Assembly (NCBI GenBank): GCA_964007735.1
Contig: CAXGAI010000001.1
Coordinates: forward strand, 45,798 to 65,797
DNA length: 20,000 bases
Origin: an uncultured Rhodopirellula sp.
GTDB lineage: Bacteria > Planctomycetota > Planctomycetia > Pirellulales > Pirellulaceae
Reading direction: 5' to 3'
Of this stretch, positions 7,981 through 16,424 are shown piece after piece. Below the pieces are notes generated by a model, which searched no databases, had not been told where the DNA came from, and saw only the letters and a list, made by a program, of their open reading frames with translations. Position 1 is the stretch's first letter, and each line of letters starts with the position of its first letter. The translations under genes were made by a program, and so were the position numbers.

Positions 7981-8961
7981 CTATTTGAGGAAGGCTGCAT
8001 TGGCATCGACAGATTGATCAATTAGTTCCAGCTCGATTAGTTGATCGCGTAACTGTTCCCAGCGTGCGGAGGTCATATTGCCGAGCGTGTCCGAGCTCAT
8101 GCCATCCGGCAAACACAATTCTTTTAAAGTTTTTGCACCAAACGCGAGGATTTCCAAATCCATTTCTTCATTGAGTGTATGAATATGCTCATCGGTTTTT
8201 GTTGAATCGTCAAGATAAATAGCCCACCCTTTCCTGCTCGCGCGGATCATCCGATCGATGAGATCTTTATCAGAGTTGACGGTTTCCTGTGTTGTAATCA
8301 GCAGGCTGGTGTAGGGGTTATAACCTAAGTCGGAGACCATCAGAACTTTCGGGTTGGCACCGGACTTTCTTGCTACGAACGGTTCGCTGAACACGTAGGC
8401 CTGTTGCCCATAATTTTCGTTGCTTAAAAACACCGCCGGGCTGCCCGGATAGCCAACGAACTTAATGTTTTTCAAAGGAAGATGTTTTTGCATGTACAAA
8501 GCAAAGGCGCGTCCCGCACTTATTCCTAGTGTCATATCATTAAGGTCGGAGAGTGAATTAATCCCGGAACCTTCATGCACCATAATGCAACGTGGGCTCG
8601 TTTGTAGTGGCGCAAACAAAGCGACCGCATTTGAATCTTTCGCCCGGCTCGTTAGTACCTGATCAGCATTGCCAACGATAAAGTCTGCCTGCCCCGACAC
8701 GAGCTTTTGAATGACGGGACTGTTAGGCCCGCCACCTATGATCTCCACATCTAGCCCCTCTTCTTTATAGGCACCGTGGATCAGAGCAGCGTAATAACCA
8801 CCATGCTCCGCTTCAGGAAACCAATTGAGCTGTAGAGATACTTTGGTCAACGGTGTTGCGCTGTCGTTGATAGTGTTTTGTGGGATTGGCTGCTCCTCGG
8901 TTTCACATCCGCTAAGAATTAGAAAAGCGACCAGAGCGAAGAGTGAGTGGTGTTTATTCAT
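7981..8961 (-). CDS. ABC transporter substrate-binding lipoprotein, NMT1/THI5-like (NitT/TauT class)
   Basis: Lipobox LSGC. LQLNWFPEAEHGGYYAA, GLDVEIIGGGP, YVFSEP, GYNPY, RASRKGW. Confidence 0.88.
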   Translation of the reverse strand: MNKHHSLFALVAFLILSGCETEEQPIPQNTINDSATPLTKVSLQLNWFPEAEHGGYYAALIHGAYKEEGLDVEIIGGGPNSPVIQKLVSGQADFIVGNADQVLTSRAKDSNAVALFAPLQTSPRCIMVHEGSGINSLSDLNDMTLGISAGRAFALYMQKHLPLKNIKFVGYPGSPAVFLSNENYGQQAYVFSEPFVARKSGANPKVLMVSDLGYNPYTSLLITTQETVNSDKDLIDRMIRASRKGWAIYLDDSTKTDEHIHTLNEEMDLEILAFGAKTLKELCLPDGMSSDTLGNMTSARWEQLRDQLIELELIDQSVDANAAFLK

Positions 8962-9412
8962 TGTGATTATCTGTAGAAGGAAGAGCGTCGGTGATTCTTG
9001 TTGCCATCACATCTATGATGGACTTATGGATTCCAAGGGGCGGAGTGACAACGCAACTGGTTTCCGGATGTTGTCGTGCTGCCTCTCGGGCTAATTCCGG
9101 AATGTCCTTATGCCAATGACGTCCAGGAGCGAGAAAATAAGGGTGTACAACAATGTATTGAGCTCCCCGTGCTACACAGGCCTGATAAGCCGCATTGATA
9201 TCCGGTGAGGCCAACTCCATATGAGCGGGCTCTACGATTTCGACATCGGCATGGTGCTGAAATAGCCGGGCCATTTCCTGCACGTAAATATTGCTCTCGT
9301 CCCGTTTCGACCCATGATCAACAACAATGACTCCCAACAAAGCTCGCTCGAAGGACTCTGGAATCGAGCCTTGGACAAGAATTTGTTTCGGGAGATCGGG
9401 GATCTGAGTCAT
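8954..9412 (-). CDS. Single-domain class II chelatase, SirB/CbiX family (sirohydrochlorin chelatase)
   Basis: VVDHGS, EPAHMELASP, PYFLAPGRHWHKDIP, PLG; both metal-binding His residues present. ATG at 9412 preferred over 9517, which runs through the intergenic region. 8-nt overlap with the binding-protein gene. Confidence 0.9.
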   Translation of the reverse strand: MTQIPDLPKQILVQGSIPESFERALLGVIVVDHGSKRDESNIYVQEMARLFQHHADVEIVEPAHMELASPDINAAYQACVARGAQYIVVHPYFLAPGRHWHKDIPELAREAARQHPETSCVVTPPLGIHKSIIDVMATRITDALPSTDNHNE

Positions 9413-9452
9413 GATTGGGAAAACAAGTAAATAGGAATGCTGGTGTAAGTTA

Positions 9453-9485
9453 GTTGTCAACAAATGTACAACGTTGTCTATTATA
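9453..9485 (-). promoter_or_regulatory. Candidate sigma70 -10 (TATAAT, minus strand) with adjacent operator-like palindromes
   Basis: ATTATA at 9480-9485 reads TATAAT on the minus strand. Nearby are TTGTCAACAA (9454-9463), ACAACGTTGT (9468-9477, perfect palindrome) and GTTGTC twice (9453, 9473). No good -35. Confidence 0.5.
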
Positions 9486-9538
9486 AAAGCAGGTGGCCAG
9501 AAATCAGTTCCAGTCATACCGTTCAGAGTGCCAAATTA

Positions 9539-10282
9539 GTGAAAAATATTATCGAACTTTCATCCCTGAATGTCACGCTAGGTCAAAGTGATATCCTGCG
9601 CGATCTGTCGCTGCAAATTCCAGCGGCTCAATGGTGTTCGATTGTCGGCCCTTCGGGATGTGGAAAATCGACGCTATTACGCGCTCTGGCGGGCTTAATT
9701 GAAGGTACGGCGGAAAAGTTCGTAACTGATTTTAAGACGCCAGCTTTTGTTTTTCAGGATCCGACGCTTATGCCCTGGCGAACAGTTCGTGACAATGTGG
9801 TTTTACCGCTTGAACTTAAGGGTAGCAGTGATGGGCGGCGGCCACGGATTGATATGCTGTCTATTCAGGAAACGATTGAGTGCGTTGGATTAAATTCAGA
9901 CGATCTGATTAAATTTCCTCGCCAGTTGTCTGGTGGTATGCGGATGAGAGTATCGATGGCGCGTGCTTTAGTAACACAGCCTGACATCCTCTTCATGGAT
10001 GAGCCATTTGCCGCACTTGATGAATTGCTTCGTCAGCAACTAAATCAACTGATCCATGAGATTTGCCGAACTCAGCGCTTGACTACTTTGTTTGTCACTC
10101 ATAATGTCTCTGAGGCAGTGTATCTCAGTGATAGAATCCTGGTCATGAATCTTGAAGGCACCATTGTTAGCGATTTAGAGATATCGTTGCCTCCGCAGAG
10201 GACGCCGGATTTACGAGGATCGGCTTTGTATATCTCTCAGGTTAATGAAGTGACTCAGCGTTTGCAGGAGGCAATGCAATGA
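9539..10282 (+). CDS. ABC transporter ATP-binding protein, NitT/TauB/SsuB type
   Basis: Walker A GPSGCGKST, Q-loop FVFQDPTLMPWRTV, signature LSGGMRMR, Walker B/D-loop LFMDEPFAALD, H-loop VTH. GTG at 9539 is the likely start (alternative 9464). Confidence 0.93.
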   Translation: MKNIIELSSLNVTLGQSDILRDLSLQIPAAQWCSIVGPSGCGKSTLLRALAGLIEGTAEKFVTDFKTPAFVFQDPTLMPWRTVRDNVVLPLELKGSSDGRRPRIDMLSIQETIECVGLNSDDLIKFPRQLSGGMRMRVSMARALVTQPDILFMDEPFAALDELLRQQLNQLIHEICRTQRLTTLFVTHNVSEAVYLSDRILVMNLEGTIVSDLEISLPPQRTPDLRGSALYISQVNEVTQRLQEAMQ

Positions 10283-11061
10283 GCCGCAATGAGATTCGCC
10301 AATTTCTGCTACCAGTGCTGTTCCTGATTTTTGTACTGTTGGTTTGGCAGTTAGCAGACTATGTGTTCGAGATCAAACGAATTATTCTGCCCAGTCCGTT
10401 GGAAATTGCGGAGGAAAGCTGGAAGAAGTTGGATGACCTAATGAAAGCGACATTTGTCACTGGCTTGGCAGCATTAAGCGGTTTTGCTATTTCGATTTGT
10501 TTGGGGGTGACACTCGCATTACTCTTCTCAATATCGAAATTGGCGAAACAGAGCATCTATCCTTATATGATCTTACTGCAAACGGTTCCCATCGTTGCCA
10601 TTGCTCCTTTGGTGATCATTTGGTTTGGTGGAGGATTGAGTAGTGTGGTGGTCATCGTGACGGTGATTAGTATTTTTCCTGTAGTGACCAATGTGACCAC
10701 TGGGCTGACGACGGTTGATGTTGGATTAACAGAGCTAATGCATTTGTATCAGGCTAGTCGTTCAGATCTATTATTCAAACTAAAATTGCCGAATGCGGTG
10801 CCTTACCTTTTAACTGGGGCAAGAATCTCCTCAGGGTTAACGATTGTCGGTGCCGTTGTTGGAGAATATATGGCGGGCCATGACATAGACAGCCGAGGCT
10901 TAGGTTATTTTATCTTTATGAGCAATCAGAATTTCCAGGTGGAGGTGTTATATGCAAGTATTCTACTCTCGACTTTGCTTGGCATTCTTATGGTCGGTCT
11001 GACGGCACTGGTTGGTAAGACGATTCTTTCTCGTTGGGCTTATCCGCTCCATCAGGGCTAA
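10279..11061 (+). CDS. ABC transporter permease, TauC/SsuC type
   Basis: About 6 hydrophobic segments; LPSP, QTVPIVAIAPL, KLKLPNAVPY, GAVVGEY, GLG. ATGA overlap with the ATPase. Confidence 0.93.
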   Translation: MSRNEIRQFLLPVLFLIFVLLVWQLADYVFEIKRIILPSPLEIAEESWKKLDDLMKATFVTGLAALSGFAISICLGVTLALLFSISKLAKQSIYPYMILLQTVPIVAIAPLVIIWFGGGLSSVVVIVTVISIFPVVTNVTTGLTTVDVGLTELMHLYQASRSDLLFKLKLPNAVPYLLTGARISSGLTIVGAVVGEYMAGHDIDSRGLGYFIFMSNQNFQVEVLYASILLSTLLGILMVGLTALVGKTILSRWAYPLHQG

Positions 11062-11088
11062 TTAGCCTGTCGTTAAAGCGGGCGAGAT

Positions 11089-11097
11089 TGTTATACT
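11089..11097 (+). promoter_or_regulatory. Candidate extended -10 promoter for mscS
   Basis: TG-T-TATACT ends 37 nt before the mscS ATG and is flanked by the inverted repeat CGGGC...GCCCG. Confidence 0.4.
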
Positions 11098-11134
11098 TTG
11101 CCCGATAAAAGCGATTTAATCGGGGAAGTCTGCC

Positions 11135-12520
11135 ATGCGATTCTTAAAGCAACTTGTATTTTGCATTAGTTTGTTGGGAATGTTTACCTTTCCTGGTGTG
11201 GCGCGAGCTCAGGAAGAAACAGACCTAAAATTAAATTTGAATTCAACGCTCGAGTTGCATGAAGCTTGGGCTGAAGGTTTTAAGGAGTTTTTTCCAGAGT
11301 CCTTACATACGACCCACTTTCTTTTAGCCGATTACCAGTGGATTGGTTGTTTGGTACTGATCTTTTTTGGCTTTTTAGCGGATCTCAGTGTACGTAACTT
11401 GCTGACGATCATTGTGCGTTGGATTCGTCGTGATCAAAAAGAGGCTGATACACCGGACGATCAAAAGCGAGAGCGAAAAGTCTGGAAACCTGTTGGTTTA
11501 CTCACCCAGGCAGTTGTATGGTATTGGGGTGCGTTTTGTCTGGGCTTGCCATTAAGTTTATTGTTGATTGTCACCGTAGCACTTAAGTTCTTTACGGTGG
11601 TTGCTTCGGTATGGACTGCTTTTCGGTTTATCGACTGGATCGCGACAGTCATCACTCGAAAAGCGGCAGGTACAGAAACCAAATTTGATGATCTCCTGAT
11701 TCCGCTGGTGAGAAAAGCACTTAAAGCATTCTCCATCTGTGTAGGGCTGGTCTTGTTTGCGGATGTATTCCAATTAGATGTAACTGCTTTGATTGGTGGT
11801 CTTGGAATTGGGGGCGCCGCCCTGGCATTTGCATCACAAGATACGCTTAGTAATTTATTTGGTTCTCTAACGGTTCTTGCAGACCGACCGTTTGAAATTG
11901 GTGACTGGATCGTTTCCGATGGAGTTGAAGGGACGGTGGAAAATGTGGGTATGAGAAGTACTCGCGTTCGCACTTTCTACAATTCCGTAATTGTCTTGCC
12001 GAACAGCCGTCTCACGACTGCCGTGGTCGATAATATGGGTAAACGTGAATTCCGAAGGTTCACGACGAAACTGGGAGTCCAGTATGATACGACCCCCGAG
12101 CAACTCGAGGCATTTTGTGAAGCCATTCGGGAGATTATCCGTAGACATCCTTATACCAGGAAGGACTACTTTCAGGTTTATGTGAATGATCTTGCGGCCA
12201 GTAGTATCGATATTCTTTTGTACATGTTCTTTGAGTGTACGGACTGGCCAACGGAGTTACGTGAACGTCATCGATTGCTGACAGACATTATGCGTGTTGC
12301 CCAGAGATTGGGAGTTCAGTTTGCGTTTCCAACGCAAACCCTGCACTTATTTCAGGAAGAGAATCACGTTGATTACGCTACGCTACGATTTGATAGCCCG
12401 CATGATCATGGTTTGGACGCAGCATCAGCAGTCACAGGTCACCTTGCAAAAGAAGACTTCCCCCCGGTTACCGTCATCACCGACGGAAAGCGATTAGGTG
12501 CGGCTGAAGCGGATGGGTAA
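11135..12520 (+). CDS. Small-conductance mechanosensitive channel (MscS family)
   Basis: Signal-like N-terminus and several TM segments. GGLGIGGAALAFASQDTLSNLFG, DRPFEIGDWI, GTVENVGMRSTRVRT, PNS, GVQFAFPTQTL. Confidence 0.93.
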   Translation: MRFLKQLVFCISLLGMFTFPGVARAQEETDLKLNLNSTLELHEAWAEGFKEFFPESLHTTHFLLADYQWIGCLVLIFFGFLADLSVRNLLTIIVRWIRRDQKEADTPDDQKRERKVWKPVGLLTQAVVWYWGAFCLGLPLSLLLIVTVALKFFTVVASVWTAFRFIDWIATVITRKAAGTETKFDDLLIPLVRKALKAFSICVGLVLFADVFQLDVTALIGGLGIGGAALAFASQDTLSNLFGSLTVLADRPFEIGDWIVSDGVEGTVENVGMRSTRVRTFYNSVIVLPNSRLTTAVVDNMGKREFRRFTTKLGVQYDTTPEQLEAFCEAIREIIRRHPYTRKDYFQVYVNDLAASSIDILLYMFFECTDWPTELRERHRLLTDIMRVAQRLGVQFAFPTQTLHLFQEENHVDYATLRFDSPHDHGLDAASAVTGHLAKEDFPPVTVITDGKRLGAAEADG

Positions 12521-12523
12521 CAG

Positions 12524-14572
12524 CTAGTGGACCCGTTGTCCAGGCTGAGCGCCTTCATCAATGTTTAGCATGAATACATCCTCACCACCTGGGCCGGCGG
12601 CTGTAATCATCCCTTCACTCATTCCAAACCGCATCTTGCGAGGCGCCAAATTGGCGACCATAACGACCAGACGTCCTTCAAGGTCTTCGGGGTTATATGC
12701 CTTTTTAATACCGGCAAAGACCTGACGAGTTTCATCGCCACCAAGACTTAATGTTAGCTTGAGAAGCTTATTGGCTTCTTCAACATGTTCCGCTTTCACG
12801 ACACGGGCTACCCGCAGATCGATTTTGACGAATTCGTCAAAGGTGATCTCCTCGGCAAGTGGTTCGTCAATTAAAGGCTGAGCGCTGTCATTGTATTGCG
12901 TGGTATTCGCTTCAGCGGCCGCTGCTGCGTTTTCTTCTTTTGATTCATCGATCATGGCATCTACATCTTTCTCTTCAATACGTTTCATCATGTGTTCAAA
13001 TTTTGCGACCGGCGTACCGGTTAATGGAGTGGCTGCCTGCTCCCAATACGTGATTGGATCTCCTAGCAGCGAGCTCGTCTTTTCTGCAATTTCCGGTAGC
13101 ACCGGTTGTAAGTAAATCGCGATTTGGCGGAATAGGTTTAGGGCGACAGTACACACGTCCTGTAATTCCTGCTGTCGCTCAGGATCTTTGCGGAGGTTCC
13201 AGGGTTCGCGGTTTTCCACAAATGGATTTGCCCGGTCAGCCAACTCCATGATCAATCGCATGGCACGATTAAAGTCACAGTTCTCGTATGCAGCCGCGAT
13301 TGCTTCACCGGCTTCTGCTCCCTGATTGAACAAACCGCCATCGTCCGGATATTCGGTCGACAAGCCAAGATCCTCAACGAACTTCGCGGTACGACTTGCC
13401 AGATTTACGACTTTGCCGACTAGGTCCGTATTCACCTTCGCCGTGAATTCTTTGAGGTTCAGATCCAGATCTTCGACTCGGTTATTGAGCTTGGCTGCGT
13501 AGTAATATCGGAGTGCTGCTGGGTTGAGGTGTTTCAGAAATGTTTCCGCTTTCACGAATGTGCCATCCCGCTTCGACATCTTGCGGCCATCGACGGTTAG
13601 AAATCCATGGATGTGAATTTTTGTTGGCAGAGTGAATTCGGCAACCTTCAACATGGCAGGCCAGAACAAGGTATGAAAGTAAGTAATGTCTTTGCCGATG
13701 AAATGATGAATTTCAGTATCCGGGTTTTTCCACCATTGATTGAAGTCGTCACCAGTTCGATCACAGTATTGCTTTGTTGATGCCATGTAACCAATCGGGG
13801 CATCAAACCAAACGAACCAGAAATGACCTGGAGCGTCGGGAATCTCGAAACCAAAATATGGCTGTGGTCGTGATACGTCCCAGTCGCGGAGAGGCTCATT
13901 AAGAAAATGTCCCTTTAGATAATTTGCAATTTCACTTTGCAGATGATCACCGGATTGAGTCCACTCTTCAAGAAATCCGTGTAACTCTTCAATCTGAATG
14001 AACAGATGGTCCGCAGTTTTTACAGAAGGCATCGTACCGGAAAGAGTGCTGACTGGATTGACGATTTCACGAGCGCTGTATGTTGCTCCGCATTGATCGC
14101 AGCTATCGCCATACTGTTCTTCCGCACCACATTTTGGACACGTTCCACGAACAAACCGGTCGGCGAGGAAAATTCCCTTTTCATCATCAAAAAGCTGAGT
14201 AACGGCTTCTTGTCTGATCAGACCGGCATCTCGAAAAGATTGCCAGAACTGTTTGCAAAGCTCGTAGTTCTCGGGGCTGTTAGTGCTACCGTAGTTTTCA
14301 AACTCAATTCCAAAACCAGCGAAATCGCGCTGGTGTTCGTCTGAGATTCTCGCAATCCATTCTTCTTCCGTACAGCCGGTTCGCTGAGCACTCATCATAA
14401 TGGCGGTACCGTGGGTGTCGTCAGCACACAGATAAATGCATTCGTTGCCACGTAACTTTTGGAATTTTACCCAAATATCGGTTTGGATGTATTCCACGAG
14501 ATGCCCGATATGAATGGGGCCATTCGCATATGGCAATGCGGAAGTTACGAGGATTTTGCGAGGGTCGGCCAT
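12524..14572 (-). CDS. metG: Methionine--tRNA ligase with C-terminal tRNA-binding (Trbp111-like) domain
   Basis: [15 protein letters not shown], Zn knuckle CPKC...[25 protein letters not shown]-terminal DLRVA...[18 protein letters not shown] at 14572. Confidence 0.97.
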   Translation of the reverse strand: MADPRKILVTSALPYANGPIHIGHLVEYIQTDIWVKFQKLRGNECIYLCADDTHGTAIMMSAQRTGCTEEEWIARISDEHQRDFAGFGIEFENYGSTNSPENYELCKQFWQSFRDAGLIRQEAVTQLFDDEKGIFLADRFVRGTCPKCGAEEQYGDSCDQCGATYSAREIVNPVSTLSGTMPSVKTADHLFIQIEELHGFLEEWTQSGDHLQSEIANYLKGHFLNEPLRDWDVSRPQPYFGFEIPDAPGHFWFVWFDAPIGYMASTKQYCDRTGDDFNQWWKNPDTEIHHFIGKDITYFHTLFWPAMLKVAEFTLPTKIHIHGFLTVDGRKMSKRDGTFVKAETFLKHLNPAALRYYYAAKLNNRVEDLDLNLKEFTAKVNTDLVGKVVNLASRTAKFVEDLGLSTEYPDDGGLFNQGAEAGEAIAAAYENCDFNRAMRLIMELADRANPFVENREPWNLRKDPERQQELQDVCTVALNLFRQIAIYLQPVLPEIAEKTSSLLGDPITYWEQAATPLTGTPVAKFEHMMKRIEEKDVDAMIDESKEENAAAAAEANTTQYNDSAQPLIDEPLAEEITFDEFVKIDLRVARVVKAEHVEEANKLLKLTLSLGGDETRQVFAGIKKAYNPEDLEGRLVVMVANLAPRKMRFGMSEGMITAAGPGGEDVFMLNIDEGAQPGQRVH

Positions 14573-14613
14573 TCGTGTTCTCAAAGCTGTTCGATAAGAA
14601 GTAACTGGGTTGC

Positions 14614-15081
14614 TTATTCGTCATTCAATTCAAAAATGACTTCAATTTCGGTGGTGATGTTTCCAGGCAGGGCTCCCATGCCAACAGCACTTCGCGCTCC
14701 AACGCCATTGTCAGGTCCGAATACTTCAGCTAGCAGATCGCTATATCCATTGATGACCTTAGGCTGCTGACCAAAGTCCGGGCTGCAGTTGACCATTCCC
14801 AAAGTTTTGACAACTTTATTGATTCGATCAAGGCTACCTAAGTTTGCTTTTAACGTGGCAAGGATAGCCAGACCGGTTTGGCGGGCTGATTGATATCCGT
14901 ATTCCAGATCGACGTCATCACCAACTCGGCCAGTAAACATGGTGCCATCAGGACGGAGTGGGCCATGTCCGGATACATAACACATGTTGCCACTGATTAC
15001 GACAGGCTTGTAGACCCCGCCTGGTTTTGGAGCAGGAGGTAGTTCCAGACCTAGTTCTTGGATTTTGGCATCAGCACTCAT
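14614..15081 (-). CDS. RidA/YjgF/YER057c/UK114 family protein
   Basis: [28 protein letters not shown] (conserved Arg), LP, EIE. Confidence 0.9.
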   Translation of the reverse strand: MSADAKIQELGLELPPAPKPGGVYKPVVISGNMCYVSGHGPLRPDGTMFTGRVGDDVDLEYGYQSARQTGLAILATLKANLGSLDRINKVVKTLGMVNCSPDFGQQPKVINGYSDLLAEVFGPDNGVGARSAVGMGALPGNITTEIEVIFELNDE

Positions 15082-15106
15082 GGTTGTATTCCTTTGTCAG
15101 CTTGGA

Positions 15107-15499
15107 TTATTTATTGTAAACGTCGTCGGGATTTACTAATCGTTCTGCAATGATGTTTAAACCTTTGTCAGTTACTTCGCTAAAGAAGCAGGTTTCATAA
15201 CCTTCATGGCATGCGGCTCCTTGCTGGCGAACTCGCATCAGAATGGCATCACGATCGCAGTCCACGAGTAATTGCACAACTTTTTGCACATGCCCGCTTT
15301 CTTCACCTTTGTACCAGAGTTTATTTCGGCTCCGGCTGAAATAAACCCCACGACCGGTACGAAGCGTTTCCTCATAGGCTTCGGCATTCATCCAGGCCAG
15401 CATCAGAACTTTGCCAGAATCGGCATCCTGTGCAATGGCTGGTAATAATCCGTTATTACGGGAAAAGTCGGGGCGATTTAAGTTGGCGTCGGAAGACAT
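15107..15499 (-). CDS. hisI: Phosphoribosyl-AMP cyclohydrolase (monofunctional)
   Basis: [50 protein letters not shown]. Confidence 0.96.
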   Translation of the reverse strand: MSSDANLNRPDFSRNNGLLPAIAQDADSGKVLMLAWMNAEAYEETLRTGRGVYFSRSRNKLWYKGEESGHVQKVVQLLVDCDRDAILMRVRQQGAACHEGYETCFFSEVTDKGLNIIAERLVNPDDVYNK

Positions 15500-15701
15500 T
15501 GAATTCTCAAAAGATTGGTAATTTTCGTCTGTTCATTATGAAGACTTCTCTCGTGATTTGTAACCATGTTAAACAGGAAACGAACTGAACGCATACGCGG
15601 TTTTTTTAACAGGATGGTCGTCGATTTGGATTGAAGACGGGCCTTGTTCGGGGGCGTTTTTAAGGGTTAGGAAAGAATTAACGGTTTTTTTATTTTTCTA
15701 T

Positions 15702-15730
15702 GGAACGCGCAGGGCTTAGAGCGCGTCTAA
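15702..15730 (+). promoter_or_regulatory. Candidate ECF sigma factor promoter
   Basis: GGAAC (15702-15706) - 17 nt - CGTCTAA (15724-15730), 48 nt upstream of the ATG at 15779, with an AT-rich tract just upstream. Confidence 0.55.
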
Positions 15731-15778
15731 CGGGGGTAAGAAACAAATCCGGTATCGAACGAAAGAGGGTAGGTTCCC

Positions 15779-16345
15779 ATGGCAACTGTTGATCTTCAAT
15801 TCAATCTTCTAGACGCGCTGGCCCCGGCTTCCAGGAAAAGAAATAAAGTGGAGGCGAAACCACATCGCCATAAGCGGAAGTTTTCCTTACCAGTGGAACA
15901 GGCCGACCGTCCGATGAACCGGATTGCTTTTGTACGCGAACAACAGGAAATGACACTGCGAAGTGTTGCTCGCCATACAGGTATCGATGTTCGCACACTG
16001 CGTAAGCAGGAAAAACCAACGGCCAATCTGACGCTCACAGAATTAGCAAACTGGAGCAAAGCTCTGGATGTCCCCGTTGTAAATCTTATTGAAGAACCGG
16101 AATCCACCCTGGAAAACCCCGTTAAAAAGCGGGCTGCTATGGTACGAATCATGCGTAGTGCCATGAGTCTTCAGGAGGAAGCGTCTTCAGAGAAGATGTG
16201 TGCTTTGACGGAGACACTAGTGAGCCAGCTTGTTGAACTCATGCCCGAGCTTGACGGTCTGGCAGCCTGGCCACAATATGGCCAACGTCGTGGGCCGGAC
16301 GAAGTTGGTCGTGTTGCTGAACGGCCAATGCGGGTTGACCTCTAA
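15779..16345 (+). CDS. XRE/Cro-C1-type helix-turn-helix protein with uncharacterised C-terminal region
   Basis: RIAFVREQQEMTLRSVARHTGIDVRTLRKQE...LTLTELANWSKALDVPVVNLI fits the XRE pattern. Purine-rich upstream sequence GAGGGTAGG. Confidence 0.78.
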   Translation: MATVDLQFNLLDALAPASRKRNKVEAKPHRHKRKFSLPVEQADRPMNRIAFVREQQEMTLRSVARHTGIDVRTLRKQEKPTANLTLTELANWSKALDVPVVNLIEEPESTLENPVKKRAAMVRIMRSAMSLQEEASSEKMCALTETLVSQLVELMPELDGLAAWPQYGQRRGPDEVGRVAERPMRVDL

Positions 16346-16424
16346 GGTTGAATGGCCTTCAATCGTTCTCTGATCCCGAGTTCAAATAATTGAGAGCCGC
16401 TCCGCACGGAAACAACGTGCCTAT

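Noticed and set aside
9413..9538. Overlapping 5' extensions of the chelatase and ATPase ORFs, or a TPP/cobalamin/FMN riboswitch
   Set aside because: The extensions lack family similarity, and I could not find the conserved core sequences of these riboswitches in the 126-nt region.
11461..11973. 170-aa antisense ORF within mscS, and other shadow ORFs (e.g. 300-737, 2599-3030, 7218-7646, 19073-19498)
   Set aside because: They lie opposite well-supported conserved genes and show no domain-like features.
12524..15499. hisI-rid-metG as a novel pathway
   Set aside because: Ordinary housekeeping genes; scattered his genes and mixed operons are common and no mechanistic link is visible.
16346..16364. 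Hairpin GGTTGAA-TGGCC-TTCAATC as an intrinsic terminator
   Set aside because: Weak AT-rich 7-bp stem with a G-U pair and no proper U-tract.
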